The notes: a model not told the origin generated them from the sequence alone. A DNA stretch of 64,000 nt from Candidatus Eiseniibacteriota bacterium (GCA_024276995.1 JAJRWB010000076.1:164-64163); one strand, 5' to 3'; positions 19,179 to 29,926 are shown, numbered from the stretch's first letter. Numbers and translations are program-made.

Positions 19179-19751
19179 TTGGACCCGCTCGAGGAACTCC
19201 ATCGTGGCGCCTTGGCGTGCCGGCGGTGCGCCCTGGCGAAAACCCGCGGCCGCGTCGTCTTCGGGAGTGGCCATGCCGGAGCGTCGATCCTTCTGATCGG
19301 CGAGGCGCCGGGGGCGAACGAGGATCGGGGGGGACTCCCTTTCATCGGACAGGCGGGCAAGTTGCTCGACCGGGCGCTCGCCGAAGCGGCCCTTCGCCGG
19401 GAGGATCTGTACATCGCCAATGTGCTGAAGTGCAGGCCCCCGGGGAACAGGAACCCGAAGAGAGACGAGATCGAGCAGTGCCGGCCGTGGCTCGAAGGGC
19501 AGATCGAGGCGATCGACCCGGGGGTGATCGTGCCGATGGGGAACTTCGCGCTCAAACTCTTCGCCGGCGCGTCGATCACTATCGGGAAGGCCCGCGGGAA
19601 GCGTTTCGGCCATGGCGGCCGTGCGGTGCTTCCGATCTACCATCCCGCGGCGCTGCTCTACAACCGGTCTCTTCTCCCCCTCTTCCACGAGGATATGCGG
19701 AGCGTGGCCGCACTCGCCGCGTGCACCGAGCAGGGCGCCGGCGGAGGATGA
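19179..19751 (+). CDS. Uracil-DNA glycosylase, family 4 (Fe-S)
   Basis: CRRC, GEAPG, ANVLKCRPPGNR, YHPAA. Confidence 0.92.
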   Translation: MDPLEELHRGALACRRCALAKTRGRVVFGSGHAGASILLIGEAPGANEDRGGLPFIGQAGKLLDRALAEAALRREDLYIANVLKCRPPGNRNPKRDEIEQCRPWLEGQIEAIDPGVIVPMGNFALKLFAGASITIGKARGKRFGHGGRAVLPIYHPAALLYNRSLLPLFHEDMRSVAALAACTEQGAGGG

Positions 19752-20545
19752 CAACGGGTATGACGGAACCGGACGGGCTGATTCTCTTCTTCGCTTTCCT
19801 CTTCGGGCTGAACATCGGCAGCTTCCTGAACGTCTGCATCTATCGCCTCCCCCGTGGGAAGTCGATCGTCTCGCCCCCCTCGTCGTGCCCGCGCTGCTCG
19901 AAGCGGATCGCCTGGCGGGACAACATCCCGGTGCTCGGTTACCTCTTCCTCCGCGGCCGCTGCCGGCATTGCGCCGCGTCGATTTCGCCGCGCTACCCTG
20001 CGGTGGAGATCGCCACGGCGCTCCTCTTCCTCTTCGTCGCCCTCCGTTTTCCCCTCGACTGGCGGATCGTCTTTCCCCTCTACTACGGGTCGGTGCTCCT
20101 CGTGGTCACCCTCACCGACTTCGACCTGAAGCTGATTCCCGACTCGCTCACACTGCCGGGCATCGTGGTCGGGCTGATCTTTCACGGCTGGCTCGGCGGC
20201 GCATGGCTCGACTCGATCCTCGGCGTCCTCGCCGGGGGCGGCACTCTCTTCCTCATCGCCGAGATCTACCTCCGCCTGAGGAAGCGGGAGGGGATGGGTG
20301 GGGGGGATGTGAAACTCGCCGCCATGATGGGCGCCTTCCTCGGATGGAAGGTCGTCTTCATCGTTCTGTTCCTATCTTCTTTTCTTGGAGGGCTTTTCGG
20401 AGCAGCTCTCATGTTATTCCAGAAGAAGAGCGGTGGTGCGGAGATCCCCTTCGGCGTTTTCCTCGCCCCCGTCGGTTTCCTCGCACTCTTCTGGGGAGAA
20501 GCGTGGATCGCCTGGTATATCGGCGCTTTCGTCATTCCCCGCTGA
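19748..20545 (+). CDS. pilD: Prepilin peptidase (A24 family)
   Basis: GSFLNVCIYRLP, CPRC and CRHC Zn motifs, GMGGGDVKL, IPFG; ATG overlaps the udg stop. Confidence 0.92.
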   Translation: MTTGMTEPDGLILFFAFLFGLNIGSFLNVCIYRLPRGKSIVSPPSSCPRCSKRIAWRDNIPVLGYLFLRGRCRHCAASISPRYPAVEIATALLFLFVALRFPLDWRIVFPLYYGSVLLVVTLTDFDLKLIPDSLTLPGIVVGLIFHGWLGGAWLDSILGVLAGGGTLFLIAEIYLRLRKREGMGGGDVKLAAMMGAFLGWKVVFIVLFLSSFLGGLFGAALMLFQKKSGGAEIPFGVFLAPVGFLALFWGEAWIAWYIGAFVIPR

Positions 20546-21146
20546 CGTCCGCCCTCTCTCCGATCAAGCCGATGCCGACCAGAAAGATCTCCACACTCCG
20601 TTTCCGCGAACTCTTCGGCTTCGATTCGACGAGCTTTCGAAACGCCGGGAGCACCTCGGCGCGGAAAGGGGGATAGTCCTCGCCCTGGAAGACCTTCGCC
20701 ACCCAGGTTCCCCCCGGGCGGAGGAGGAGGCGGGCGATTTCGAAGGAACGGCGCGCCAACTCGACCGAGCGGGCGTGGTCCGCCCAGGCGACGCCGGTGG
20801 TGGCGGGCGCCGCATCGGAGATCACCCGGTCGAAACGGTTCGCCACGGCGCGAAGCCGTTCGAGATCGAGGTCGTACAGGTCGGCGCGGATCACCGTGAC
20901 CCATCCGGGGAGGTCGATCTTCACATCTGAAAGATCGACGCCCGCCACGACGCCGGAGGGACCGACGCGCCGGGCGGCGTACTGGAGCCACGAGCCGGGC
21001 GCGCAGCCGAGGTCGAGCACGCTCTGTCCCGGCCGGAAGAGGCGGTGTTTCCTGTCGATTTCGCGGAGCTTGTAGACCGAACGGGCGGCGAATCCCTCGC
21101 GCTTCGCGCGGCGGAACCAGGGGTCCTCCTTATTGAACCGACTCAC
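20532..21146 (-). CDS. rlmE: 23S rRNA 2'-O-methyltransferase RlmE/FtsJ
   Basis: ARSVYKL, LDLGCAPGSW, SDAAP, KVFQG, KPKSSR..SVE. Confidence 0.93.
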   Translation of the reverse strand: MSRFNKEDPWFRRAKREGFAARSVYKLREIDRKHRLFRPGQSVLDLGCAPGSWLQYAARRVGPSGVVAGVDLSDVKIDLPGWVTVIRADLYDLDLERLRAVANRFDRVISDAAPATTGVAWADHARSVELARRSFEIARLLLRPGGTWVAKVFQGEDYPPFRAEVLPAFRKLVESKPKSSRKRSVEIFLVGIGLIGERADVSGE

Positions 21147-21607
21147 GTCTTCGCTTCGATCAGAATCCGCGCGACCGACTCGGGGTCTTTCGCGCCGAGA
21201 AGGTCGGACTGCACCTTCTCCTGTTTGAGAAGACGCGCCATGGTGGCGAGCGCTTGGACATGCGCGGCGGTCGCGTCTTTCGGCGAGACGAGGAGGAAAA
21301 TGAAGCGGCTCGGCGCACCATCGGGGGCATCGAAGTCGATGCCGTCGGGAACGAGGGCGAACGAGGCGGAAAGCCGCTCCGACCCGGCGGTCCTGCAGTG
21401 GGGCACCGCCACGCCGTGCTCGAGTCCCGTCCCCTTCTCCTTTTCACGGGAGATGAGATCGGAGAGCGCCTTGCGTGGATCCTTCAGCTGTCCGTCCGCC
21501 GCCAGAGTGTCGATCATCTCCCGAAGGAGGTCGAACTTCTCCTTCGACGAAGGGGCGACGAGCACTGCTTTCTTATCGAGAAAATCTTCTATCTGCACGT
21601 GATTCAC
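21143..21607 (-). CDS. PTS IIA (Ntr/fructose-type) domain protein
   Basis: RE..GTGLEHGVAVPH, GIDFDAPDG, FLLVSP. Confidence 0.9.
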   Translation of the reverse strand: MNHVQIEDFLDKKAVLVAPSSKEKFDLLREMIDTLAADGQLKDPRKALSDLISREKEKGTGLEHGVAVPHCRTAGSERLSASFALVPDGIDFDAPDGAPSRFIFLLVSPKDATAAHVQALATMARLLKQEKVQSDLLGAKDPESVARILIEAKT

Positions 21608-21649
21608 TTCTCCTGCCGCGAAGGCGCTTCCGCCCGTTATCTCGCCGGG

Positions 21650-21678
21650 TTGTCGGTTCGGATATGCCCTGCTAGACT
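21650..21678 (+). promoter_or_regulatory. Putative sigma70 promoter
   Basis: TTGTCG - 17 nt - TAGACT with extended TG. Confidence 0.4.
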
Positions 21679-21789
21679 GGTAGGGCCGTCCGGGAATGGT
21701 ACGTCGCGGGCGGTGAATATGGCAAGATCATTATCCGTTCGCATCCGGGGGGCGCTTCCGCTCCGGATGGATGAGGCGGCACGCTTCTT

Positions 21790-24700
21790 ATGGATGATCG
21801 GAAACGCTCCCGATGGATCGGCCCGCTTTCCCTTCTTCTCGCCGGGGTAGGGGGGAGTCTCGTCGCGCCTGTACTCTTCCGGGAGGTGCGCGCCTCGTTC
21901 GGCGCCACGTCCGGCGTGATCGGTCCCCTGTGGGCTTTCTTCTTCGCCGGCGCGGCGGCGGGGACGTTTTCCTACCGGCTCGGCGCCCGAGGGAGATGGC
22001 CCTTCTCTTTCGGACTCATGCCGCTGTTCGGCGTGCTTCTCCCTTTCCTTCCCTCTATCGGAGCGACCGGCGCGCCGTACATTCTTCTCCTGATCGTCCT
22101 TTGTTTCGCCGGGTTCATCTTCTCCCGGTTCGCCGCATCGGCGGCGACCGGGGATGTCGGCGTGCTTTCTCCGGCATCTCTCGCGGCGGGAGTTTTTCTC
22201 GGATCGATCTTCGCTCTCAGGTTCCTTCCGGCATGGGGGAACAGGCCCGTTCTCGTCGCGGCGTGGGTCGCTCTCGCCGGAGCATCGATCGCCGCCTCCT
22301 CGTCGCGCCGGACGGCGAGGGAAAGGGACGTCACCCTTTCCGTCGACCGACCGGAGACGGAAGGGGAGATTCCCTTTTTTCCGGCGCTCCTCGTGCTTGC
22401 GGGCGTGGCGATCGGACTCTTCCTTGTCGGCGCGGGCAGGGTGCTCGACATGGTATGCGGCGCCACGATGCGGATGGAGCTGATCGAAGCGGCCGCCGCG
22501 GCGGGAGGGATCGCCGCCGGTTTCCTGGCGGCCGGCTCGGCGGCGCGCAGAAGCGGCCCGATCCTCTTCGCTCCCGCCGCGATCCTCGCCGCCGCGGCGG
22601 CGGCGGGGATCGTCTCTCTTCACGGCGCGTTTCCAGGCCTCTTCGTCGATCTTTCGGGGGGACACGGCTACCGTTTCGAGGCGCTTCTCCGGGCGAAGGA
22701 GATCGTCGCGGCGTTGATCATCGCCCCGTGCGCCTTCTTCGCCGCCGCCTCCGTCGCTCTCGGCGCGCGGGGCGTCGTCGCCGTCTCCGGGACACGGCGT
22801 TTCGCCGCGGCGGCGGCCGGTCTCGCCGTCGCCTTCGCCGCGGCGCCGTCGCTCATCGTGCGGGCGACCCTCCCGGGGGATCTCCTTTTCGGGACGCTCC
22901 TCTTTTTCCTCATCGCGGTGATCGGCGTCTCCCGCCGGAGTGGACGGAAGGCGAAGGCCGCGGTGCGGGCCGTCGCGCTGCTCGGTTTCGCCGCGACACT
23001 TCTTGCCCTCGTCCAGCCGGTGGAGTGGCAAAGCGCCCGGCTCGCATCGGGGGCGTATCGCCGGATCAACACGATACTCAAGCAGCGCGCGTCGGAAGGG
23101 GGCGAGCAGCCGCCCGATTCGCTCCTCTACTATGGGGAGGGGAGAAGCAGCACGTATGCCGTCGCTTCGACCCCCCTCGGCCCGACGCTCCTGAAAAACG
23201 GTTCGGACGACACGGGCGACGGACTCTATTCATCGGTCGATATTCTCCTCGGGAGACTTCCCCTCCTCTTTCGCCCGGCACCGCCCCGCATCCTTCTCCT
23301 CGGGGCCGGTCGCGGGATCACCGCCGGATCGCTTCTCGAGATGGAAGTCGACTCCGTCCTCGTGGTGGAACCGGAGGAGGAGCGTATCGACGCCACCCGC
23401 GCGCTGGGCGAGCAAAACGGCGAGTACTGGACCGACCGGAGATTCCACCTGATCCGGAGCGATCCGGGCCGGTTCCTCGGTACGTCGACCGGAGAATTCG
23501 AGCTGATCATCGCGCAGCCGTACGACGTGTGGAGCATCACCGGCGCCGTTCGGGGGACGGAGGACTTCTACCGGAAGGTGAAGGGCCGTCTCGCGAAGGG
23601 GGGAATCTTCTCCGCGTGGGTGCCGCTCATCGGTGTGGGCGAGGACGACGTGAAATCGATGCTCGCGACGATCGCGGCGGTCTTCCCGCGGATCGTGGCG
23701 TTCCAGGCGGCCCGCCATGACGGGCTCGTGGTGCTCGCGGGGGAAGAGCCGTTCCGTCTCCGTGTCGAGGCGCTCGTCAATCGATGGCGGGGAACCGGCT
23801 TCGGCGACGAGTTCGCCACCGCCGGTATCAGCGCCGCCGCGGACCTGATGCCGTTCGCCCGCTTCGACGAGACGGCCGGCGCGACGCTCTTCGGTGCGGC
23901 GCGGTTGAACGACCGGCGGAAAACCCCGGTGGAGTTCGGGGCGGAGATGGCGCTTGCCGACCTTTCCGGAAGAAACTATCTCGATCTGATCCGCTCGGTC
24001 CCCTGGGACGGGCGATCGATTCTCGATTTCGAAGGGCTCGACGATGAGACGAAGGCCGATTTCCTCTACCGGGCGGGACGCGCTTTCCGCCGGACCGCCG
24101 ATCCGGAGCATGGATACCCGTTCGCCGAAGAGGCGTATCGACTCGCCCCCTCCACCGGCAGAGCGCTCCTGCTCGCCTATTTCGTGAAGGTGCTCGACGG
24201 CGACATGGAGCGAGTGCTCTCCATCGAGGAGGAGGCGCTCCGGCGCGACCCCGACAACGGGATGATGATCCGGAACTACGCGGACGATCTCTTCGTCGCA
24301 GGGAGGTACGAAAAGTGCATCGCGTACATGACCGACGTGATCGACCGCGGATTCGAACCTCCATGGTGCTACCTGATCCGGGGGAAAGCGTACACCATGC
24401 TCGACCGGCTTGACGAGGCGATCCGGGACATCGGCAAGGCGAAGGAACTCGACCGTCTCCAAGACAGACGGGGCAACATCAACTATTTTCTCGGTATGGC
24501 CTATAAGAGGCGGGGCGATCTCGAGAAATCGAATTATTACCTGTCAAGGGCGATCGGGACGAACCCGAGGCACTACAACGCCCGCTACAATTTCGGAGAG
24601 AACAAGGTGAAGCTCGGGAAGCTCGCCCGCGACGAGTTCGAGGCGAACTACTACGCGCCATTCAACCGATCGCGCGCCGATTCTCTCTACCGGCTCGCGT

Positions 24701-24993
24701 CCGCCGATTTCTTCCGGCCCGAGAAGGCCGCCCAGGTGGAGCGGGATCTGGTGCTGATCATCAACACGACACCGAACCATATGGGCGCGTATCTGCTGCT
24801 CGCCGAGTTCTACTGGCGCGCCGGGAATGATGCGAAGGAAGGGGAAGCGATCAGCCGGATGGTGTCCCATTTCCAGGGGAGCGCCAAGTGTCTCGCCCTT
24901 CTCGACAACTATCTGGCGCGGACCGGGGGGCCGGAGAAGCGCGCCCGGTACCGCCGGATCATCCATGATGTGCTGAGCCGGGCCGGTTCGTGA
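21790..24993 (+). CDS. Membrane domain + spermidine-synthase-like domain + TPR fusion protein
   Basis: About 12 hydrophobic segments; YYGEG; ILLLGAGRGIT; GTEDFY..VK..LAKGG; C-terminal TPRs. Confidence 0.75.
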   Translation: MDDRKRSRWIGPLSLLLAGVGGSLVAPVLFREVRASFGATSGVIGPLWAFFFAGAAAGTFSYRLGARGRWPFSFGLMPLFGVLLPFLPSIGATGAPYILLLIVLCFAGFIFSRFAASAATGDVGVLSPASLAAGVFLGSIFALRFLPAWGNRPVLVAAWVALAGASIAASSSRRTARERDVTLSVDRPETEGEIPFFPALLVLAGVAIGLFLVGAGRVLDMVCGATMRMELIEAAAAAGGIAAGFLAAGSAARRSGPILFAPAAILAAAAAAGIVSLHGAFPGLFVDLSGGHGYRFEALLRAKEIVAALIIAPCAFFAAASVALGARGVVAVSGTRRFAAAAAGLAVAFAAAPSLIVRATLPGDLLFGTLLFFLIAVIGVSRRSGRKAKAAVRAVALLGFAATLLALVQPVEWQSARLASGAYRRINTILKQRASEGGEQPPDSLLYYGEGRSSTYAVASTPLGPTLLKNGSDDTGDGLYSSVDILLGRLPLLFRPAPPRILLLGAGRGITAGSLLEMEVDSVLVVEPEEERIDATRALGEQNGEYWTDRRFHLIRSDPGRFLGTSTGEFELIIAQPYDVWSITGAVRGTEDFYRKVKGRLAKGGIFSAWVPLIGVGEDDVKSMLATIAAVFPRIVAFQAARHDGLVVLAGEEPFRLRVEALVNRWRGTGFGDEFATAGISAAADLMPFARFDETAGATLFGAARLNDRRKTPVEFGAEMALADLSGRNYLDLIRSVPWDGRSILDFEGLDDETKADFLYRAGRAFRRTADPEHGYPFAEEAYRLAPSTGRALLLAYFVKVLDGDMERVLSIEEEALRRDPDNGMMIRNYADDLFVAGRYEKCIAYMTDVIDRGFEPPWCYLIRGKAYTMLDRLDEAIRDIGKAKELDRLQDRRGNINYFLGMAYKRRGDLEKSNYYLSRAIGTNPRHYNARYNFGENKVKLGKLARDEFEANYYAPFNRSRADSLYRLASADFFRPEKAAQVERDLVLIINTTPNHMGAYLLLAEFYWRAGNDAKEGEAISRMVSHFQGSAKCLALLDNYLARTGGPEKRARYRRIIHDVLSRAGS

Positions 24994-25018
24994 GCGGTCC
25001 GCGCCCGGACGACCGGCG

Positions 25019-25807
25019 TCAGCGACGATCGCCGGGAGGCTCCGACCGATCCGTTCCGGCGAAGGCGGCGCCGTCGATTCCGTCGAACAGATCGGTGACG
25101 ACCGGGCCGGCCGCCCCGCCGCGCCGGTCGATCCGCTCGAAGAACTCGCGCGACGTGGCGTCCCGGTAGTCGCCGAACCACTCCTTGAGCTGGCCGAAGA
25201 ATTCGATCTGTGTTTCATGCCGCTCGATGGCGTCGATCTTCCGGTCCATCGCATCGCGGGGAATGTCGATCACCGCGGCCACTTCCGAATCGTCCGCCGC
25301 GTAGATTTTCCGTTCCCCCCGGTAGATGTGGAGTCTCGATTCGAGAATGCACCAGCCGAAAAGGCGCCGCGGCCGGTCGTCGCCCGCGAGGGCGAACGCC
25401 CGGCGGACGAAGCGGTAGACCGCCTTGTGGTCGGCATGGCCGGAAACGCCCTCCCTGTGGAAGGTGATCACCACGTGGGGGCGGATCTCGCGGATCGCCC
25501 CGAGCACGATGCGGGCGCCCTTCTCTTCGTCGATCCTCTCGAGGCCCCCGTCCGGCTCGCCGACGATCCGACAGCTCGCGAGGCCGAGCGCATCGGCCGC
25601 GCCGTGCAACTCCTCCCGCCGTCGCCGGCAGAGTTCATCGGGGGGGAGGGTCTTCGACACGCCGATCGAACCCGCTTCGCCGCAGGTGAACGTGATCATG
25701 TGCACGTCGGCGCCGAGGATCGCGTACTTGGCGAGAGTGCCGCCCGGCCCGTACGCTTCGTCGTCGGGATGGGCGAAGACCGCCAGAAGGGTCGGTTTCG
25801 GTTTCAT
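25019..25807 (-). CDS. PIG-L/LmbE family deacetylase
   Basis: LAVFAHPDDE, TCGEAG, GHADH, HETQ; start MKPKPT at 25807. Confidence 0.92.
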   Translation of the reverse strand: MKPKPTLLAVFAHPDDEAYGPGGTLAKYAILGADVHMITFTCGEAGSIGVSKTLPPDELCRRRREELHGAADALGLASCRIVGEPDGGLERIDEEKGARIVLGAIREIRPHVVITFHREGVSGHADHKAVYRFVRRAFALAGDDRPRRLFGWCILESRLHIYRGERKIYAADDSEVAAVIDIPRDAMDRKIDAIERHETQIEFFGQLKEWFGDYRDATSREFFERIDRRGGAAGPVVTDLFDGIDGAAFAGTDRSEPPGDRR

Positions 25808-25890
25808 CTTTTTGAAGATAGCCCGGCGCGCGGTGCGGGTCAAACGCTCCCGTGCGGCCGGGGCGCCGGCCGTTCTTCCCCCCGGCGGGA

Positions 25891-25919
25891 TGGACAGCAC
25901 GGCAATGGACGGGTATACT
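25891..25919 (+). promoter_or_regulatory. Putative promoter of yhaM-addB-addA (very short leader)
   Basis: TGGACA - 17 nt - TATACT, 10 nt before ATG 25930. Confidence 0.45.
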
Positions 25920-25929
25920 CCGATCCGCC

Positions 25930-26955
25930 ATGGATGAGTTCAGAAAAATGCATCGCGGACAGTTCATCGACACCCTTGCCGAAGGGGACCGGGTGCTCGA
26001 GTATTACCGTGTCGCCCGGAAGAGCGTGCGACAGACCCGCAGGGGCGATCTCTATCTCGATCTCACCCTCGCCGACAGGACGGGGATGATCGCAGCGCGT
26101 CTTTTCGGCGATCGTGACGGTGTTCACGACAGGGTCACCTCGTATGCGGCGCAATTCAAGCCGGGGGATGTGATCCGTGTGGACGGCAGGGTCGACCGGT
26201 TCCAGGGGAAGCTGCAGCTCCTCATCGACCGCCTTCGGGTAAGCGAGAACGGCGAGGTCGACGGCGCGCTCTTCGAAAAGTCGAGCGACCGACCCTTCGA
26301 GGAGATGGAGAGGGAACTCGCCGAGAAAATCGAAGCAATCGAGAATCGATATCTGAAGAAACTCGTGGAGTCGGTTTTCGGTTCCGGCGAAATCAAGGAG
26401 CGGTTTCTCGTCGCCCCGGCGGCGACGCGGATTCATCACGCCTACCGGCACGGCTTGCTCGAACACACCCTATCGATGATTGCCGGCGCAGAGGCGCTAC
26501 ACCCGCTCTACCCGGAACTCGATCTCGATTTGCTGCGTGCGGCGATTCTCTTCCACGACGTCGGGAAAACGGCGGAACTGGGTGAGAAGGCGGGTGACGA
26601 CTACACCGTCGAAGGGACGCTTGAAGGACATATCTACATCGGCGCCCGCTGGGTGGACGAGGCGGCGGGAAAGATCGACGGTTTTCCAGGCGAATTGCGC
26701 CTCCAGTTGATCCACCTGATTCTCAGCCACCACGGGGAGAGGGAATACGGTGCTCCGGTGGTGCCCGCCACGAGGGAGGCCGTCTTCCTTCATCAGCTCG
26801 ACAATCTCGACGCCAAGCTCGCGAACGTCCGCCAGACGATCGCCGCCGACAGGAACAGCCAATCGCCTTTCACCGATCCCGCCGCATCGGGTCCGATCTA
26901 CCGCCGTTACTACAAGGGCGCGTCTTCCGGTTCGAAAGATCATGGAGGGGCGTGA
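25930..26955 (+). CDS. yhaM: YhaM-like 3'-5' exoribonuclease (OB-fold + HD domain)
   Basis: YLDLTLADRTG OB-fold; APAA..IHHAY..GLLEH; FHDVGK; LSHHG; DNLDAK. Confidence 0.88.
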   Translation: MDEFRKMHRGQFIDTLAEGDRVLEYYRVARKSVRQTRRGDLYLDLTLADRTGMIAARLFGDRDGVHDRVTSYAAQFKPGDVIRVDGRVDRFQGKLQLLIDRLRVSENGEVDGALFEKSSDRPFEEMERELAEKIEAIENRYLKKLVESVFGSGEIKERFLVAPAATRIHHAYRHGLLEHTLSMIAGAEALHPLYPELDLDLLRAAILFHDVGKTAELGEKAGDDYTVEGTLEGHIYIGARWVDEAAGKIDGFPGELRLQLIHLILSHHGEREYGAPVVPATREAVFLHQLDNLDAKLANVRQTIAADRNSQSPFTDPAASGPIYRRYYKGASSGSKDHGGA

Positions 26956-29926
26956 CCGTCCGGTCCGCATCCTACTCACCGGGCCGCCCCGGTCGGGCAA
27001 GACCTCCGAAGCGGCCCGCCTCTTCCGCGAACGAAGCGGTTCTCCTGTCGGGGCGCGCGGCCTCGCCCTCCTGCCCGACGCCGGCGCGGTGGAACAGTTC
27101 CGTCTCCTCGTCGCCGGTGGGAGCGAGCGGGGGGGGTGCTTCGACGACGGGATCACCACCTTCGAGGAGTATGCCGCCCGGCTACTCGGCGTCGATCGGG
27201 AAGAGCTGACCCTTCCCGAGGAGGAATCGCTCCTCCTCTTCGCCATCCGCTCGCGTCTCCCGTCGCCGCCGGCGGAGCGGATCGCGGCCCCGGGGTACAG
27301 AGGGGCGCTCCTCCAATGGATCGCCGATCTTCGCGAGGCGCTCATCGACGCGCCCGCCATGGACGATCTGCTCGCCGTCCTCGAAGGGCCGCAGCCGCGA
27401 CTGCGCGCCCTTCGCGACTTCGCACGCGCCTTCCACCGCGCCGCACGGAGGCGCTCCTTCCGTTTCCGCTCGCTCCTCCCCGCCGAGGCGGCGCGCCGCA
27501 TCGAGGAAGACGACCTTCCCGGCCCTCCCCTCGCTCTTCTCGTGGTCGATGGATTCCACCGCTTCTCTCCCGTGCGGCTCGCCTTTCTCGAGGCGCTCGC
27601 GAAGCGGATTCCCGAAGTATTGATCACCCTTCCGTCGGCGGACGGCGAGGAAGAATGGTCGGACGAGGCGATCGCCATGGCGGCGTCCTCCCTCGCCGAG
27701 CTTTTCGATCTCACCGAGGAGAAGCTCGAGGCGCCGCCGTCCCGGCGGGCCGTCGTTTTCATGGGCGGCGCTTCCCGGGAAGAGGAAATCGAAAGGATCG
27801 GCAGGGAAATCGTGAAGAGCTGTGCCGACGAGGGGAGGGCGCCCGGCGATCATGCCATCCTCTTCCGATCGATCGGTTCGTACCGGGAAGCGGTCGAGTC
27901 GGTATTCCGGCGGTTCGCCATCCCGTACACGGCACGATTCCAGGTCCCCCTCGCGTCGAGCGGAGCCGGGAGGAGTCTTCTCGACATGACCGGTCTCGTC
28001 ACCGAAGGAGTCTCCCGCAGCGCCCTCGAGCCGATCGTGAAGAACCGGATATTCGGCGCCGCCGTCGATCGGGCCGACGAGGTGATCGGGCGATGGAGGC
28101 GACTCCCTGCGCCGGGCGATCCCGCGTTTCCCGACCGCGACGCGGATGTGTTCGAGAGGGGGTTCCTGAGCGAGTCGGTCGAGCCTTTCATCCGGATGGC
28201 CCGGGATGCGCGCGCCCTGCGGGGGGGGGACGTCGTGCGTCTCCTTCGCGAAACATGGCGCGAGCTGATCGGCGCCTTTCCTCCGGTGGACCGGCTCCTT
28301 CCAAGGGACGCGGCGCTTCTCGGAGCGTCGATCGCGAGGGCGGACCTTCTCCTCGAACGATCGGCGCGCCTCTTCGACGATCTTCCCGCGCTCCGCCGCT
28401 TGGCGGCGGCGCGTGTCTGCTCCCTTCTCGCGGATGAGATCCACAGGGCGCGCTTCTCCTTTCTCTCGGGCGACGGGGGAGGTGTGCGCATCGACGACTA
28501 TCGCCACGGAGAGAATCTTTCTCTCCCCGTGGTCTTCCTCGCGGGCCTCTCCCACGACGCCGTCCCGCGCCCGTGGCGGCCCGGTTCATTCTGGAACGAC
28601 ACCGACAGGGAACGCCTCGGCGAAACAGGGCAGTTTCGCATCCCCTGCAGGGCGTCGCACCGCGCCGAGGAGCGTTTTCTCTTCCGGCGGGCTTTCACCA
28701 GGGCGTCGGATATCGTTTATCTATCAATGAGAGCTTTCGACTCCGCCGGCAGGGAGCTTACGGAATCCCCTTTTCGCGAGGAGATCCGCGAGAGCGAGCA
28801 GGCGCGCCCGCTCGACGATCGCCGGCTGCTCGAGCGGTTCGACCATGTCGACTCGATGGCGCGCCCGGCGGACGTGCTCCCCTTCATCGCCCGGAGCATC
28901 GAATCGTCGCGGCGCCGGTCGGCCGATCTGTCCCTCGCCGCCGCTTTGGTCGACTGCCTCGGACTCGTGCCGCCGCCGCGTCCACGGGACTTTCGCGACA
29001 CGGTGAACCTGGGCGCTCTCCGGGAGTTTCGTGCCTGGGCCGGCGGGAAGAGTCGGTTTTCCGTCAGCGAACTCGAGGAGTACCGCACCTGCCCCTGGCG
29101 CTATCTCTCCCGCCACGTTCTTCGTCTCGCCGACAGGGAGGAGACGCCGGAGTTCGCCTTCTCCCCATCGGTGGAAGGGGAGGTGATGCACGCCGTGCTC
29201 GAGGAGGTTCTCCGCGATGGGGGGGGGATCGACGGGAAGATCACCGCGCGCTTCGAGAGCGCCCGGAGCGGTTTTCCCGAAAGACCGGCGCACAGGCTCG
29301 CCCGCGAGGAATTGCGCTCGGCGCTCCACGAACTTCTGGCGCAGGACGGTCTCTTCCGGCGACGCTCCGGCTGGACGGTCCGCGACGTCGAGGTTCGTTT
29401 CGGCGGCGATTCCGGCAACGGTGTGAAAGCGGGCACGATTCTCCTGGGAGGTCGGATCGACCGGATCGACACGGTGAAGAAAGACGGGTCCGCGGTGGTG
29501 GTGATCGACTACAAGCGGACCGCTCCCTCGCCGCGTGCCCTGTCGGCGGCGCTCGAGAGCGGCGCGCACCTCGCTCTTCCCATCTATCTTCTCGCTGCCA
29601 AGGCGCACGCGGCGGCGGATGCCGTCGGGGCGTTTCTCCTCGGTGTCCGCTCGGGGGGGCGTGTCGGCTTCGTCCGGCGCTCGGCGGTCGACGCCGGGCG
29701 GTTTTCCGAAGAAGACCTGGATAGACGAAAAATCAGTGTATTGAAGGATGATCGTTTCGACGCCCTCACGGCGTACGCGCTGAAAGAGGCGGTGCGGATC
29801 GCCCGGTCGGCCGTGAAGGGTTCCTTTCCCGTCGAGCCGGCCGACGCCGACACGTGCGCGAAGCTCACCTGCCCGTTCGGCGATTTCTGTCGCGTCGTTC
29901 TCGCCGCTCGGGAGGAGAAGAAGTGA
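26942..29926 (+). CDS. addB: AddB/RexB-like helicase-nuclease subunit
   Basis: GPPRSGKT; degenerate helicase motifs; SVSELEEYRTCPW; GRIDRID...IDYK nuclease; C-terminal C..CPFGDFC. Confidence 0.8.
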   Translation: MEGRDRPVRILLTGPPRSGKTSEAARLFRERSGSPVGARGLALLPDAGAVEQFRLLVAGGSERGGCFDDGITTFEEYAARLLGVDREELTLPEEESLLLFAIRSRLPSPPAERIAAPGYRGALLQWIADLREALIDAPAMDDLLAVLEGPQPRLRALRDFARAFHRAARRRSFRFRSLLPAEAARRIEEDDLPGPPLALLVVDGFHRFSPVRLAFLEALAKRIPEVLITLPSADGEEEWSDEAIAMAASSLAELFDLTEEKLEAPPSRRAVVFMGGASREEEIERIGREIVKSCADEGRAPGDHAILFRSIGSYREAVESVFRRFAIPYTARFQVPLASSGAGRSLLDMTGLVTEGVSRSALEPIVKNRIFGAAVDRADEVIGRWRRLPAPGDPAFPDRDADVFERGFLSESVEPFIRMARDARALRGGDVVRLLRETWRELIGAFPPVDRLLPRDAALLGASIARADLLLERSARLFDDLPALRRLAAARVCSLLADEIHRARFSFLSGDGGGVRIDDYRHGENLSLPVVFLAGLSHDAVPRPWRPGSFWNDTDRERLGETGQFRIPCRASHRAEERFLFRRAFTRASDIVYLSMRAFDSAGRELTESPFREEIRESEQARPLDDRRLLERFDHVDSMARPADVLPFIARSIESSRRRSADLSLAAALVDCLGLVPPPRPRDFRDTVNLGALREFRAWAGGKSRFSVSELEEYRTCPWRYLSRHVLRLADREETPEFAFSPSVEGEVMHAVLEEVLRDGGGIDGKITARFESARSGFPERPAHRLAREELRSALHELLAQDGLFRRRSGWTVRDVEVRFGGDSGNGVKAGTILLGGRIDRIDTVKKDGSAVVVIDYKRTAPSPRALSAALESGAHLALPIYLLAAKAHAAADAVGAFLLGVRSGGRVGFVRRSAVDAGRFSEEDLDRRKISVLKDDRFDALTAYALKEAVRIARSAVKGSFPVEPADADTCAKLTCPFGDFCRVVLAAREEKK

